Below are positions 31,601 through 44,375 of a stretch of 64,000 nt of DNA, piece after piece. The position numbers were made by a program, and so were the translations under genes. Source of the stretch: Hormiphora californensis. Lineage: Eukaryota > Animalia > Ctenophora. The stretch covers positions 2,604,001-2,668,000 of the forward strand of contig CM035351.1 of NCBI GenBank assembly GCA_020137815.1, in the 5' to 3' direction. Position 1 is the first letter of the stretch; each line of letters opens with the position of its first letter. Under the pieces are notes generated by a model. That model ran no database searches. It worked only from the letters and a program-made list of their open reading frames with translations, and was not told the DNA's origin.

Positions 31601-33891
31601 TGGGTGGCGGTAACAAACAAACGGGATCCCTCCGGTTGGAGGTTAGCTGAGTGAAGCAGCAGGAGACTGTCTAGGATGTACCTCTCTCGAGCCTCCATCT
31701 GGAGATCTCTGAACACTTGGTAAACATTAGACATCATCCTAACGTACCGGGATACAGCTTCAGGGTCATCCTCTGTCCTCTTCACTCCTTCCACTGTCCT
31801 CTTTAGATAGGAAATAGCGTGCACACCTAGTGAGGGCATGTTAACCACGACTTGTTTCAGAGCGGCAAATCCTTCAGACCGGTTGGAGTAGGGTTTGGTG
31901 AAAGCAATCTCTAGTAGTAGAGACATTAGAGTCTCTTGCTCATTCTCACTCATCTCTGCACCGTGGTTCAGTAGGGACAATCTGAGGAACCCCTACCAAG
32001 CCCTTTCCCTCTGTCTCGCTGGTCGTTGGTAGTACCTTGGCAGAGATCGCATGGAGAGTGGTGGCAGTAAAGAGGTTTGCCTTGATGATCTCGAAATCAC
32101 TGACTCCCAGATCCCTATCCATGAGTTTGAGAACCAGGTACCCAGCCAGGAAGCCCTCAACACTATAATTAGGTACAGCTTTAGCACATTTCTCCATAAC
32201 AGAGACAAGGGAATCCTCGAGGAGCTCCAGGAATGGCATGGTATCATCATGATACAGGAGGTCAGCGGCCAGAAGGAAGGCAGCACCTTGTTCGAGCTGT
32301 CGCCCCGCTCAAAATACCAGATCTGAAGAACTCAGTAGTGTCCTTGGGGATATCGCTCTTCACATTCCTAGCCCAGGCTCCTGCAGCAGTTACAGCCGCT
32401 ATCTGGGCTGTCTCATTAGTATCAGTATTCAAATACCCTTGGATATGGGTGATGGCCTCCAGGGACAGCTGCTCAGACTTGTACACACCAGCCATTCGTC
32501 CTACCAGAGACAGAATCATGACCCGATGTTGATAGGCCGTTATCTTACCATGGGCACCCTGAAGGACCTTCATCAGCCCTGTCAGTACCTCACCCTGGGC
32601 CGTGCTATCAGACATACTTGGCAACATGCCATCAAAACACGCCACAGTTCCCTCGTTAACAACGGCATTGGTGGACGATAAGAGAGGTCCCCAGGATCTC
32701 AATCAAATCCTTGCTATACCTACTGATATCAAGGGGTGTTTGGGATAGGACCTCGGCAAATGCTGCCACGGCAAACTCAGGTGTCCTAAGAGCGGCCCGT
32801 CTCATGCCAGGAAGGAATCTTGGTGGAGAAGAGCTCATGGGAGTCAGTTTGGGCGATCAAGTAGCTGGCAGTACACAGGATATGAGGATGGGTTGCCTTC
32901 TTGGCAAGGAACAACACCTCAACATACTTATCGAGTGCTTTAGGGAGAGATGCGGGTTGAAGTGACACCAGGAAGGCCAGGAAAGGCATATCCCATGCAC
33001 TCAAAGTGGGCGATGAGAGGAGGGAGTCAAGGTATTTAGGGACATTATCTTCACCAACACTGGCCACAAACCGGCGCCTCAGATAATCATTATCTCGCTT
33101 CACAACGAACTGTTTTCGTCGTCGGTTGGGTAGCGCCTGCCATCCAATAGTAGCAGCAAAGGCAGTTGATTGAAGGGCGACCAAGGCAGAAAGAGCAGCT
33201 GAACTTTTCAGGAACATGCTAGAGAGACAGGACATAAGGGTGAAAGAGGAAGTAAGGACAGCATGTCCAGTCCGGGCCAGATCTCTGGTATAGTGGGGCA
33301 GTCGGAGAGAGATGGAACTCATAGCCTTCATCAGGGCTCCAGCTGCTTGTTTTGGATCTTTCTCACACCAGACACGAATCAAATCCTGAAAAGAAACGAG
33401 TTAGGAGGGAGAGGTCATCATTAGAGATAGGGTGAAGGTTTGGTAGAGAAATGACGTGCTAATATATCATTACAGATATAGGGAATAAGAGAGGGGAATT
33501 ATAAACCTGAAGTGCAGCTATTGACTTGTTATCGCAGTATGTCGAGAGAGCATGGGTTACAGCAACCATCAGAATTTTAGCCTCCCCATCACCTATCCCT
33601 TCCTTCAGTTTACCAGTTGTACTCTTCAGAAACTCACATCTTGACTTCTTCCTCGACTGAAGGGGGAAAGGGGGTTGTTCAAACAAAGTGAAAGGGTTTC
33701 AGTATTTTGGTAAAACAAGGGTACAACTGCATGCACATTGCACTGTTGCCTGTCCGTACTGTCTCCACAATCGCTGCGAACAGTTTGATAACAGCCGGGG
33801 CAAACTCATGTATTACCTGTGAGAGGAGGAAGGGAAGATATTCGTTAATCTGAAACCCACCAACATCAACAGCTATATCGTCTAACTCCAT
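25677..33891 (-). CDS. GCN1: eIF2-alpha kinase activator GCN1 (HEAT repeats); a few short 5' exons then one ~7.7 kb exon
   Basis: [82 protein letters not shown]. Consecutive minus-strand ORFs are joined by about 7 frameshifts, probably indel errors. Confidence 0.95.
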
Positions 33892-34229
33892 CACACTACC
33901 AGTGAGCTATATTGCTACAAAGAAGGGTTGTTAAATTTAAGATACACATCACTACAATTCAATTAATTAAACTCGAATTTAGTATTTCAGGGTAGATAAA
34001 ATGTAATAAAAATACACGGCACGAGTGTCAAATATATAGAGGATATATTACTGGTTACAATTCATCTGTTCGATTCGTCTATCATGGACCTCACACTCTC
34101 ACTCTCTTCTCTAACTCCCTTCTCTCTCCGCCCATCTCGACCTGCGAGACGGCCCCCTTTCTCTCCGACCAAAATACACAGTTCAGAGCCTAAACGTACT
34201 GTTCAAGCTGTGTTTATTATGAGCAGCCC

Positions 34230-35125
<896 letters not shown>

Positions 35126-35189
35126 TTAGGCTAGTGGGACCGAGAAGGGCGTGAAAAAGAGAGAAAAACGTTTTTAACAAACTCGCGTC

Positions 35190-35756
35190 TTGGCATACGT
35201 TGCAGGCCCCTTATAATATAATATAAGGGGCCTGGAGGGAATACCGCGCTAGGGGGGAATACATAATCAATCATATCTCCGGTTCCAGATAAGGTACAGA
35301 AATCGTTTTGGTAGCGTTGGAAAGAGGAAGATAACAGCTTTCAAATGCAACCGGTTTCAGGTCTCTATCTTATCAGGAACAGGAGATATGAACCAAACTC
35401 CGCAAAATCGAGTGCGGTAAAATCAAAATTTGAATGAAATTTTAAAAAAGGTGTCCCTGCAAGAATCTGTGACGTCACTTTTTGAAAACAACCCATCTTT
35501 CAACGGCTATTGCTCAGCCTCCTTAAGTCCAATTAACTTCTCTCAAAAACAGCAAGGTAGATAATCGTCAGATCTAACAACTGGTGAAAGAATCAAGTCA
35601 AACGGACTTCAGGAGCCAAAGTTATAAGCACCGCCGTTTTTTCGACCGCAAAGTTATCTTCGACCCAGCCGGGATCAGGCCAAACGCGCGCGCGGCATTC
35701 CCTCCAGTCCCCTCGTTGCGGGGGTGCGCGCATGAGGGGGCTGCAGCGCATTCCAA
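35190..35756. mobile_element. 567-bp non-autonomous DNA element with TTGG...CCAA termini and hairpin ends, upstream of NUDT21
   Basis: 10-bp TSD AACTCGCGTC (35180-35189 / 35757-35766); imperfect ~22-bp TIR; left hairpin caggcccctta...taaggggcctg; right hairpin cagtcccctc...gagggggctg. Confidence 0.82.
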
Positions 35757-36131
35757 AACTCGCGTCAAAAAGATGTTCAAATCTTCAAGCGCGAGCTACT
35801 TTTGAAATATTTCATGATTTATTTACTAAATTTACGCGCGCGGCTGCGAACGCGCAAAAGAAAAACGCGCACAAAGAGTTGGTCAGAAGTCGTTTTGGAA
35901 CGTTTAGATGATTAAATTGAAACACAGTGATTGCATTAATTACTAATGATAGATTAAAAACGGTACAAAATCAAAACATATTAACAGTCTGGTTTGTACA
36001 ATCGCATACTTCAACTTGCACCAGCTCTTTCACAGCCACTCTCTGTTCCTTTCTCAATATCAGTCTCACATCAGTTTATCTGCTATAATTACGGCACTCA
36101 ACATTGAAAATTTCTATAAGCTTGATAAATT

Positions 36132-37876
36132 TCAAACACAAGTCATCTGTATTTCATCGTCAAGGGTTTCCTCGGTCTGGTGGACCGACTCTATGTACTC
36201 GATCATATCCTGATCCTTGTGGAATGCAAATTTCCAGTGCTTGAATGTCTGATTAAACTTATCAGCTGCCTCACAAACACCTCTGTGATCTACCGTTCTG
36301 TCGGGAAAACATGTTTAGTAGAAAGCTACACGATTAATGCAAATCAAACAGTGGTCAACATTCTAGGTCCTAGGAGGAACACCCAAATAATATCTCAAAC
36401 TCCAAATCCTCCAATACTCACTTGACATTATAGTAGACCTCCACGACCCATCCAGCAACCCTACACGGACAGAACATCCAAGGTCTGTCCTTATCCTTCA
36501 TTTCCTTGTTCCTTCGTTTCTGGGTATGATACTCCCTGGCGACAGGATGGAGCTCATATATTGAGTGACAATGGTACCCGGCAACCTTACCCATTCTCTC
36601 AGCCAACATCGAGGGCTCTGATAGGTCACACTTTGTCTGATCAACTGATACCATACCTGGGAAGGAAGAGTTGAATGAGGGTTGGGTAAAGAAGACCAGG
36701 GGACAGGGTTTAGTTTGATCTACTGAACCTAGAACACTCATAGAGCGCGGTCGGGTACTAATACTCAGGATAGTAAAGGGTAGGGCTAGGGGACAGGTTG
36801 TAGGGACTGTGGGCGACCGGCGAAGTTTGTTATAGGAAGAACATGTAAAATTTAGCAACTGGATGCCTAGAAACCGGGGTTTTTCTTTGAGGTGGGAGTG
36901 GTCAGCGAGTAAATCACAAGCCGCGAATTCCTTTACTGTGTAAGCGACACGGAACACGTTTGAGGAATTAACAAAACTCTATGTCTCCGTCTCTCTCCAT
37001 CTCTGTCTCTCCCTCCCTCTCTCGGCTTACCCATTAATTTGATAATATCCCGATCCACAGTATGAGGTAGGTGACTGTAAAGTTTGGAATTCTTCGTTTT
37101 ACTCTCCCTCAGTAGGAAAATCCCTAGTTGATTGATGGACACATGCCCTACTTTCCCACTACGACCACTGAGTAGGGTCACTTTAGAGTCATCACTGGAT
37201 GCCCACCAGTTTTTGCTAAGGTACATGTAGGGGAGGGCCCCGAAATCGAAATACCCGCTACGGTGCTGAAAAAGTGCGAGGATTAGGATTAGGACTAGGA
37301 TTAGAAGAAAATTAACCAACTAGTCTAGTGTGAATAGCCTTATAGCTATTTCTATTTTTATTTAGCTATTAAAAGTATACTATATTAGTCAATAGTCTGT
37401 TTGTCCGTAGTGTGTGAGAACTGTCTGTGTGTAAATTTTTATAGTATTTTGAGGTGTAAGCGCTCCGTCTATATTGACACTCCGTCAATAGGAGCCAACC
37501 GGGATGTTGTCTTTATATGCTGTATATCGATTTTTATCCTTTTTCAAATCAAATCAGAAGTCTAAATTTAAAAATAAAATCAATGATTCCGTAAATTGGA
37601 TTTCCTAAATCTCAGGCAAGGAAATTTGTGAACAAACCTGTGAAAGAATTATTTTGTTGACACCTCCCTCCGGTTCGGAGAGGTACGGCTCGCAAAGCGG
37701 ATCCCAGAATGCCCTAAATTGTCCCTCGGACATATGAGGGGGTCCTTCATAACCTATAAACTGAACCAGGTTCCTGTAACATATCCTCTCCTCCTCGCCC
37801 ATCTAGTAATACTGTCTCTCTCACTTGGTGTGGTGCTGTTATGGTCATCTTCCCTCTCCTGGTGGCAAAGTCATCC
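36132..37876 (-). CDS. Uncharacterised multi-exon protein (exons approx. 37876-37638, 37265-37031, ~36960-36423, 36298-36132); 5' end unresolved
   Basis: ORFs 37605-37802, 36933-37319 and 36418-36957 are largely bounded by GT-AG sites; the last exon reads TVDHRGVCEAADKFNQTFKHWKF...DEIQMTCV*; no family recognised. Confidence 0.6.
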
Positions 37877-38323
37877 TGGAGGGAAATAGTGTCATAAGGT
37901 CTACAATTGAGGGAGAGTGTCATGTCATAAGGTTACAAATGAGGGGAATAGTGTGATAAGGTTACAATTGAGGTAGAGAGTGGCATGTCATAAGGTTACA
38001 AATGAGGTAGAGAAATGCTGATAGTCGGGTACGGAGAGCTGACACAGTACAAATAAAATCAGAACAAACAAAACAGAGCATATCTAGATAATATAATGCC
38101 TAATACCTAATTAATTACAAAGGTGAAATCAGACCGAAATTATGTAGGAGGGGTTTAGTTTCACTGGAGAAAGATTGATAAAAAACAATAAACCTGAGAT
38201 GACTGAGAGTGTAGGTACTGGTATTATTTCAGGCATAGACAATATGAGCCCATCGCGGCGGGGGAGATAGCGGAGAGAGAGAGAGAGAGAGAAGGTGTCA
38301 GGTTTCTAGCTCATCTCTCTCTC

Positions 38324-39234
38324 TAGTAGGGACGATAGTGTCAGTCGATGTCAGGGATTTTAAAATTTCCCTATTCAAGTGTTCGGGGAGCCTCTCCCGA
38401 GTAAAATGCGACCAATTAGAGCTCCCGATCTTTTCTCGTTCTCTAATTATTCGTGATTATGCTAATTATGACGTCATCAGCAACTACCAGAAATCTACAT
38501 CTTAGGGCTTAAATTTTTATACTAGCTGGTAGGGGACCACTAGATTAGTGGGCAAAAAATTTTTCAGGTCGATCGGAGTTATGGGCGTGGCGCTATGTCG
38601 TTTGAAAGTGTGTAATCCGGTGATGACGTCATCAAGGATTATCAAATTAGGTCAACGCGGGGGGTCAAGACCGGGTGCGTTTGATCGAGCCTGATAAGCT
38701 GATCAAAAATCTGTAGGGGTAGATCAATCCCCCAACTAGGAGCTGAGCTATTAGCGTTTTTCGGTTTTTAGGTCACGTGACTTCGTCAAAAATCAAAGAA
38801 ATGCTAATAGCTCGGCTCCTAGTTGGGGGATTGATCTACCCCTACAGATTTTTGATCAGCTTATCAGGCTCGATCAAACGCACCCGGTCTTGACCCCCCG
38901 CGTTGACCTAATTTGATAATCCTTGATGACGTCATCACCGGATTACACACTTTCAAACGCCATAGCGCCACGCCCATAACTCCGATCGACCTGAAAAATT
39001 TTTTGCCCACTAATCTAGTGGTCCCCTACCAGCTAGTATAAAAATTTAAGCCCTAAGATGTAGATTTCTGGTAGTTGCTGATGACGTCATAATTAGCATA
39101 ATCACGAATAATTAGAGAACGAGAAAAGATCGGGAGCTCTAATTGGTCGCATTTTACTCGGGAGAGGCTCCCCGAACACTTGAATAGGGAAATTTTAAAA
39201 TCCCTGACATCGACTGACACTATCGTCCCTACTA
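38324..39234. mobile_element. 911-bp foldback element with TAG...CTA termini (Academ-like by inference)
   Basis: About 435-bp near-perfect inverted arms tagtagggacgatagtg... / ...cactatcgtccctacta; 3-bp flanking repeat CTC; spacer centred on gtcacgtgac. Confidence 0.85.
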
Positions 39235-39338
39235 CTCCTTCTAAGAGAGTTGATGACAGCCCTGGCATTCCCTCTCAAAGATGTTCATTCTCTGAGTGAG
39301 TACTACTGCAATGTGGGTAATATCTACCTTTATCATAT

Positions 39339-40353
39339 TAGGCCAGTCGCTTTTTGTCATTTTGGGGCCATTTGGTGAACTGAGACATAACAAAGGTTTT
39401 CCACTTGCATTGTACTCCTATGGGGTCCCATAAACACCAAAAAAATTTTCCACTCCAACCGAGGTGAAGAAAGTGCCCAAAATGGCCACGCCCTTAATTG
39501 CCTGTATTTTCAGCCTTGGCCAAAAAAAGCAACTTTGCTTTGGATTGGAGTAGAGACAAAAATGAGGGCACTAAAATGTGTAGAATGAGCAGCAGACTCG
39601 ATTGGGACCAAGCAGAAGTCTCTATCTTGTCAGCTTCGAGAGATAATTGGATAATTAAGTATGCGCATAACCGTTTTTGAGCCATATGGCTATAGCCACT
39701 CAGGAGCGGTTTCGACAATTTACCTTCACAGGAGCTTGTTCAGCATATAAAAATTAGTGGGGGTAACAAATATGAAGTTTCTATCGCATAAGGTCAATGC
39801 GTTATTCAACTTCAAAGTTCGAAAAATGAGGGGGAAAGTCGAAATTTGGTCATTTTCCCTCATTTTCCACTCATTTTTTGATCTTTTAAGTTGAATAACG
39901 CATTGACCTTATTCGATAATAATAAACTTCATATTTGTTACTCCCACTAATTTTTATATGCCGAACAAGCTCCTGTGAAGCAAAATTGTTAAAACCGCTC
40001 CCGAGTGGCTATAGCCATATGGCTCAAAAACGGTTATGCGCATACTTAAGTATCCAATTATCTCTCGAAGCTGACAAGATAGAGACTTCTGCTTGGTCCC
40101 AATCGATTCTGCTGCTCATTCTACACATTTTAGTGCCCTCATTTTTGTCTCTACTCCAATTCAAAGCAGAGTTGCTATTTTTGGCCAAGGCTGAAAATAC
40201 AGGCAAAAGGGCGTGGCCATTTTGGGCACTTTCTTCACCTCGGTTGGAGTGGAAAATTTTTTTGGTGTTTCTGAGACCCCATAGGAGTACAATGCAAGTG
40301 GAAAACCTTTGTTATGTCTCAGTTCACCATTTTAGCAAAAAGCGACTGGCCTA
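39339..40353. mobile_element. 1015-bp foldback element with TAG...CTA termini (Academ-like by inference), arms more diverged
   Basis: taggccagtcgctttttg... / ...caaaaagcgactggccta; 3-bp flanking repeat TAT; mirrored ORFs 39494-39718(-) and 39935-40441(+). Confidence 0.85.
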
Positions 40354-41449
40354 TATGTTTATCCCCTCTCTTCTCCCACCCTCTCTTCTCCCACTCGGTA
40401 GTCTGTCTCTTCTCCCATTCGGTCTATTTAAATTTTGTTAGTTTGGGTACACTGAGCAGTGCTGAGCAGTGCTGAGGTGTGCTCAGTGAGCACACCTACT
40501 TACTAAAGTACCTACCTAATAAATATGATGCTAAAACAAAGCAATATTTGTTTGAATCAGTCCTAAATTTACTGTCTCGGTGACTCCTAAGAGTTGCGAA
40601 CCTATCCCGTACCCCGGTTTGTATAATGCTCATTGCCCTAGTTTAATTTGAGCCCAGTCTGAGTGAGCCATCCCCGACAATATACCTTTCTCACACCTTG
40701 ACAATCACACGTGTCTAGGTCGCATAAATATTCTCCACACAATAGTGTGAAAAATAAATTATCCCCCCTCTTTACAACACTCACACGTCTCCCTATCTCC
40801 CTCTCTACTAAATCTCTGCTAACTCTACCTACCTCACACTGTCACAGTCTCAACTTGCCCTAATAAAATAATAAAATAAAATATACCTAAAGGGTTTGAA
40901 CAAAACAACTCTCAACCACCAAAGTTACAGAATTTCCCTAGGATATATACGAAACAAAATGGTCTCAGCGGGTCAAGTTTTCTCTTGCAAATGACAAACA
41001 AAAAGCGGAAAACACCAAACTCCTCCAGACAAAAGAAGGTCAAGACTCGATTGCAGAAGATACACGGCCCTCCCTCCCATTTTCCTTCTTGGCTCTTCAA
41101 ATAGAGACTAGTGATCGAGACTAATAACTCATCTCTCCTTAAACAATTCCCCTCCTCTTTTACCTAAGTCTATAAGAGAGATATTTGGACACGTGAGGAA
41201 TATGTGTGTCTCTGTGTGTGTTGTGTATCTATTAAGCGGATAAAATTGTTCTATAATAGTTCAATTACTAAGCGTCTAAGTACCACATTATTGCCAGAAA
41301 AGAGCAATAAACAGAAACAAAATATCCAGATTTCTAGTGAGAGAGAAAGACAGGGAGGTGGAAGCTAAAAATACACGAACATATAATAGAAATACGTGGA
41401 GCAGGAAAACAGAAAAGCAGATAATAGACCATGTGTAGCACACCCACAC

Positions 41450-42025
41450 TTGGTTACGAAGTCACCCCTATTATTGCATATAGGGGTGACAATACCGCCT
41501 ACCTAAAAATGCAAATTTACAGGACCTTCTCATAAAAAGTTATCGAAAACTTGTCTAAAAACTATCTAAAACGTATGGTACTAGTTTGTATAGTAACCAG
41601 GACCTGAATTCTACAGAAAGTAACGACCGGTAGCGATTCCACCACATGTTTAACAACAGAGGTGTGTCGCATAACTCCTTATATGGGCATAAAATTCAAA
41701 TCTTGTGGAATTTATTCTGACTCGACTATAGCTTAGTTATCAATGAATCCACCTCTAATACCTTTGGAATGGCATTTTGCACATTTCTGAAGCTTTTTGT
41801 AGCCAAATTCCAGCATCTTCATAGTTTTCCAAAAACAAAAACAGTGTTAATGGCCAAAATATCGAAAAATTCCGGTATGTAATGGTAGCTCAGACAATTT
41901 CCTCGGTATGTTCAAAAAATTAGAACTTTCTGTTTTGTAGTTTGGACACAGGAATTTTTTCCCGCCGTACAAGCGATATTATTACCCCTCCGTGAGCTGG
42001 CGCAGAGGGGGAATTTCATTACCAA
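41450..42025. mobile_element. 576-bp non-autonomous DNA element with TTGGT...ACCAA termini and hairpin ends; absent from duplication copy 2
   Basis: 9-bp TSD CACCCACAC (41441-41449 / 42026-42034); imperfect 20-bp TIR; empty site at approx. 50140-50155. Confidence 0.88.
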
Positions 42026-42914
42026 CACCCACACGTGCTCTAAGGACCATCCTACCAACATATTTACAGGGCAGGTAACCAATGCAAGATGGGTTATACG
42101 AGGGTAGTTAGCACAAGATGGATGACAGCTACAGGAGGGTAGTAAGTTAGGACGGTTGATGCCCCTGAAAATTGGGAAAACGAGAATGTAGGTACCCCTG
42201 AATAAAAAACGAGCTGTGGAATGTTTATTCTAGACCCTCACCCTCTCTCTCCATCTCCTTCTATTCTCTCTCTGAGTGTCTCTCTCTCTCTGTCTATAAC
42301 TCTCTAATCTCTCCCTCTTTCCTTAGTCACCACACCCCCAAATTTTGAACCGGAAAACGCAAACTAAATACCGTACCCAGAGACTCGAGAAAGTAGGAGA
42401 GACACAAAAAGCCCAAAACTAGGGGGACAAACGTCCTTTCTACTGTAAATTAAGCACTGTCACGCAGAGAGCACTACTGCAAGAGTATACAACTGCAGCA
42501 GCAGCACTCCCGGAAGTCATTAGGGGCTTCATGAGGGGTAGATGGGGAGGCCAAGAAGGAAGGGATAGTTTAGCCTAATTGCAGGGGGGGTACAAGCTCC
42601 CAATGGTACACTCCGAATTATATAGTTGCTTCTCTGTTGTAGCTGCTACCTAGTTTAATACTTGTGTGTCTGATGCTTGGCATTTGACACGTGAAATCCT
42701 CCTAGACGTGATAGAATGAAGGCTTGGAATTTGGAATATATCAGGGAGGCACACATTACTATGGAGCGACATAGACGAAGGAGAATGAAGTAAACAGAGC
42801 TAGAGAGAGAATAGTATACAGACTACAGAGTTTGAGGAAATGTTACTGAAGCTACCAGGAGAGAAAGAAGAAGAGGAGATGAATATATTTTGCAGAGAGG
42901 AAAGTGAGAGAGAG

Positions 42915-42919
<5 letters not shown>

Positions 42920-42992
<73 letters not shown>
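42920..42992. repeat. (AG)n microsatellite
   Basis: Direct sequence. Confidence 0.95.
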
Positions 42993-42995
<3 letters not shown>

Positions 42996-44294
42996 ACAAA
43001 ATGAAAGATTGAAAGAGGTATGGGATCGAAAGAACAATGGATTCTGTTTCTAAGCTTTCTCTGCAACAAATAGAGAGAGAGACGTGGCGAGGGAGCTACG
43101 TGAAGAGTGTGTAAAAATTGCAAAAATGAGAATTGAGTGAGGTTTCAATATGGTAAGATTTTACAATCATATTGGGGACTGGGGAGGGTAAAACTTGGCA
43201 AGATTATTATGATTATTGTTACTCGAAAGTAGACGAGATAGAGGGAAAAAGATTCATAGAGAGAGATTAAAAGATAGCAGTAGAGAGGAATACAGAGGGA
43301 AAGCTTAGGAGGACCTCCGTAGCATATCAAAAATATGAGACACAAATTATGGCACATTATTTACGGAATGAGGGATGGGCTACTGAAGATAGAACATGGT
43401 AGAGGGTTGTTGAGTGAGTAGAGGGGGCATGGAAGGGAGGGAAACGGGCCAAAATATGGGAGCGAGAGAAGAAAAATTAGGAATGTGAGTCGGAATCTTA
43501 GCGAGGTGAATTAATAATTTCACGTCAAGAGCTAGCAAAGGAAATTAGGAACGAGCCTGCACATGTAACGATCGGATAAAAGGTCCTACGAAATGAACAT
43601 ATATTACCTCACACTAAATTGTTGGGAAAAGAGGGGTAAGAAGGACAACTGAAAAGTGAGAATCGTCATCACAGAAATATTTAAGGGCCTCGTCATCAAA
43701 TTAATATTTACCTACTGCCCCCTAGAGATATCGTCAGATCCCTAATTTAGGCGTGTGACGATATCTCTCTGATATCTCCTCAGCTATGACGTCACAACTG
43801 ACAACCACTAAACTAACTAAACTAACTGGACGTCGCGTCTGAGAGCGTTTCACCGACAACTGTTCGGCACACGTGAGGGGATGGTCCCGGAAAATAATGC
43901 CTGAACACCGATTTAATGTGGAGAGCGAGTGTGTGTGAGAGAGAGAATGTGTGAGTGAGAGTGAGAGTTGAACTAAACTGAGAGTTTATTAGCAGAATTC
44001 CTCCAGTTTTTCTCACACCCGCCTCTCTTCTTTCACACGAAATGATACACTTGTACAATTAAAGAGACACTTGTACAACTACAGCAACACACACGTATAG
44101 TGAGCACTTAGGCGTGACTCAATTTTGTTACAATTTGTCCTCACCACTCACATACAGAGCAACAACAACTGAATTACTATAACACCACACGAAATAACGT
44201 TTAGGTTGCTGTGTAGGCTACATAAAAAGAGAACAATTCAAAGTTTAGGTGTGTGTCCTAACTAAATTTTATTCCCCCCGGTTCCCCCTACCTC

Positions 44295-44352
44295 TTGGTA
44301 ACGAAGTTACCCCTCCCTTGCCAGCGCGCGAGAGGGGTTATTTCGTAACCAA
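44295..44352. mobile_element. 58-bp single-hairpin micro-element with the same termini as 41450-42025
   Basis: ttggtaacgaagttacccctc...gaggggttatttcgtaaccaa with 8-bp TSD CCTACCTC; degraded copy at approx. 52517-52570. Confidence 0.85.
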
Positions 44353-44375
44353 CCTACCTCCCCCTTCCTAGAACA

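Noticed and set aside
25677-33400. Multiple frameshifts in GCN1 (also HECTD4, CSK, the oxygenase and PLAT gene) as pseudogenisation or programmed frameshifting
   Set aside because: They are scattered over several conserved genes whose protein sequence is otherwise intact, which fits uncorrected long-read indels.
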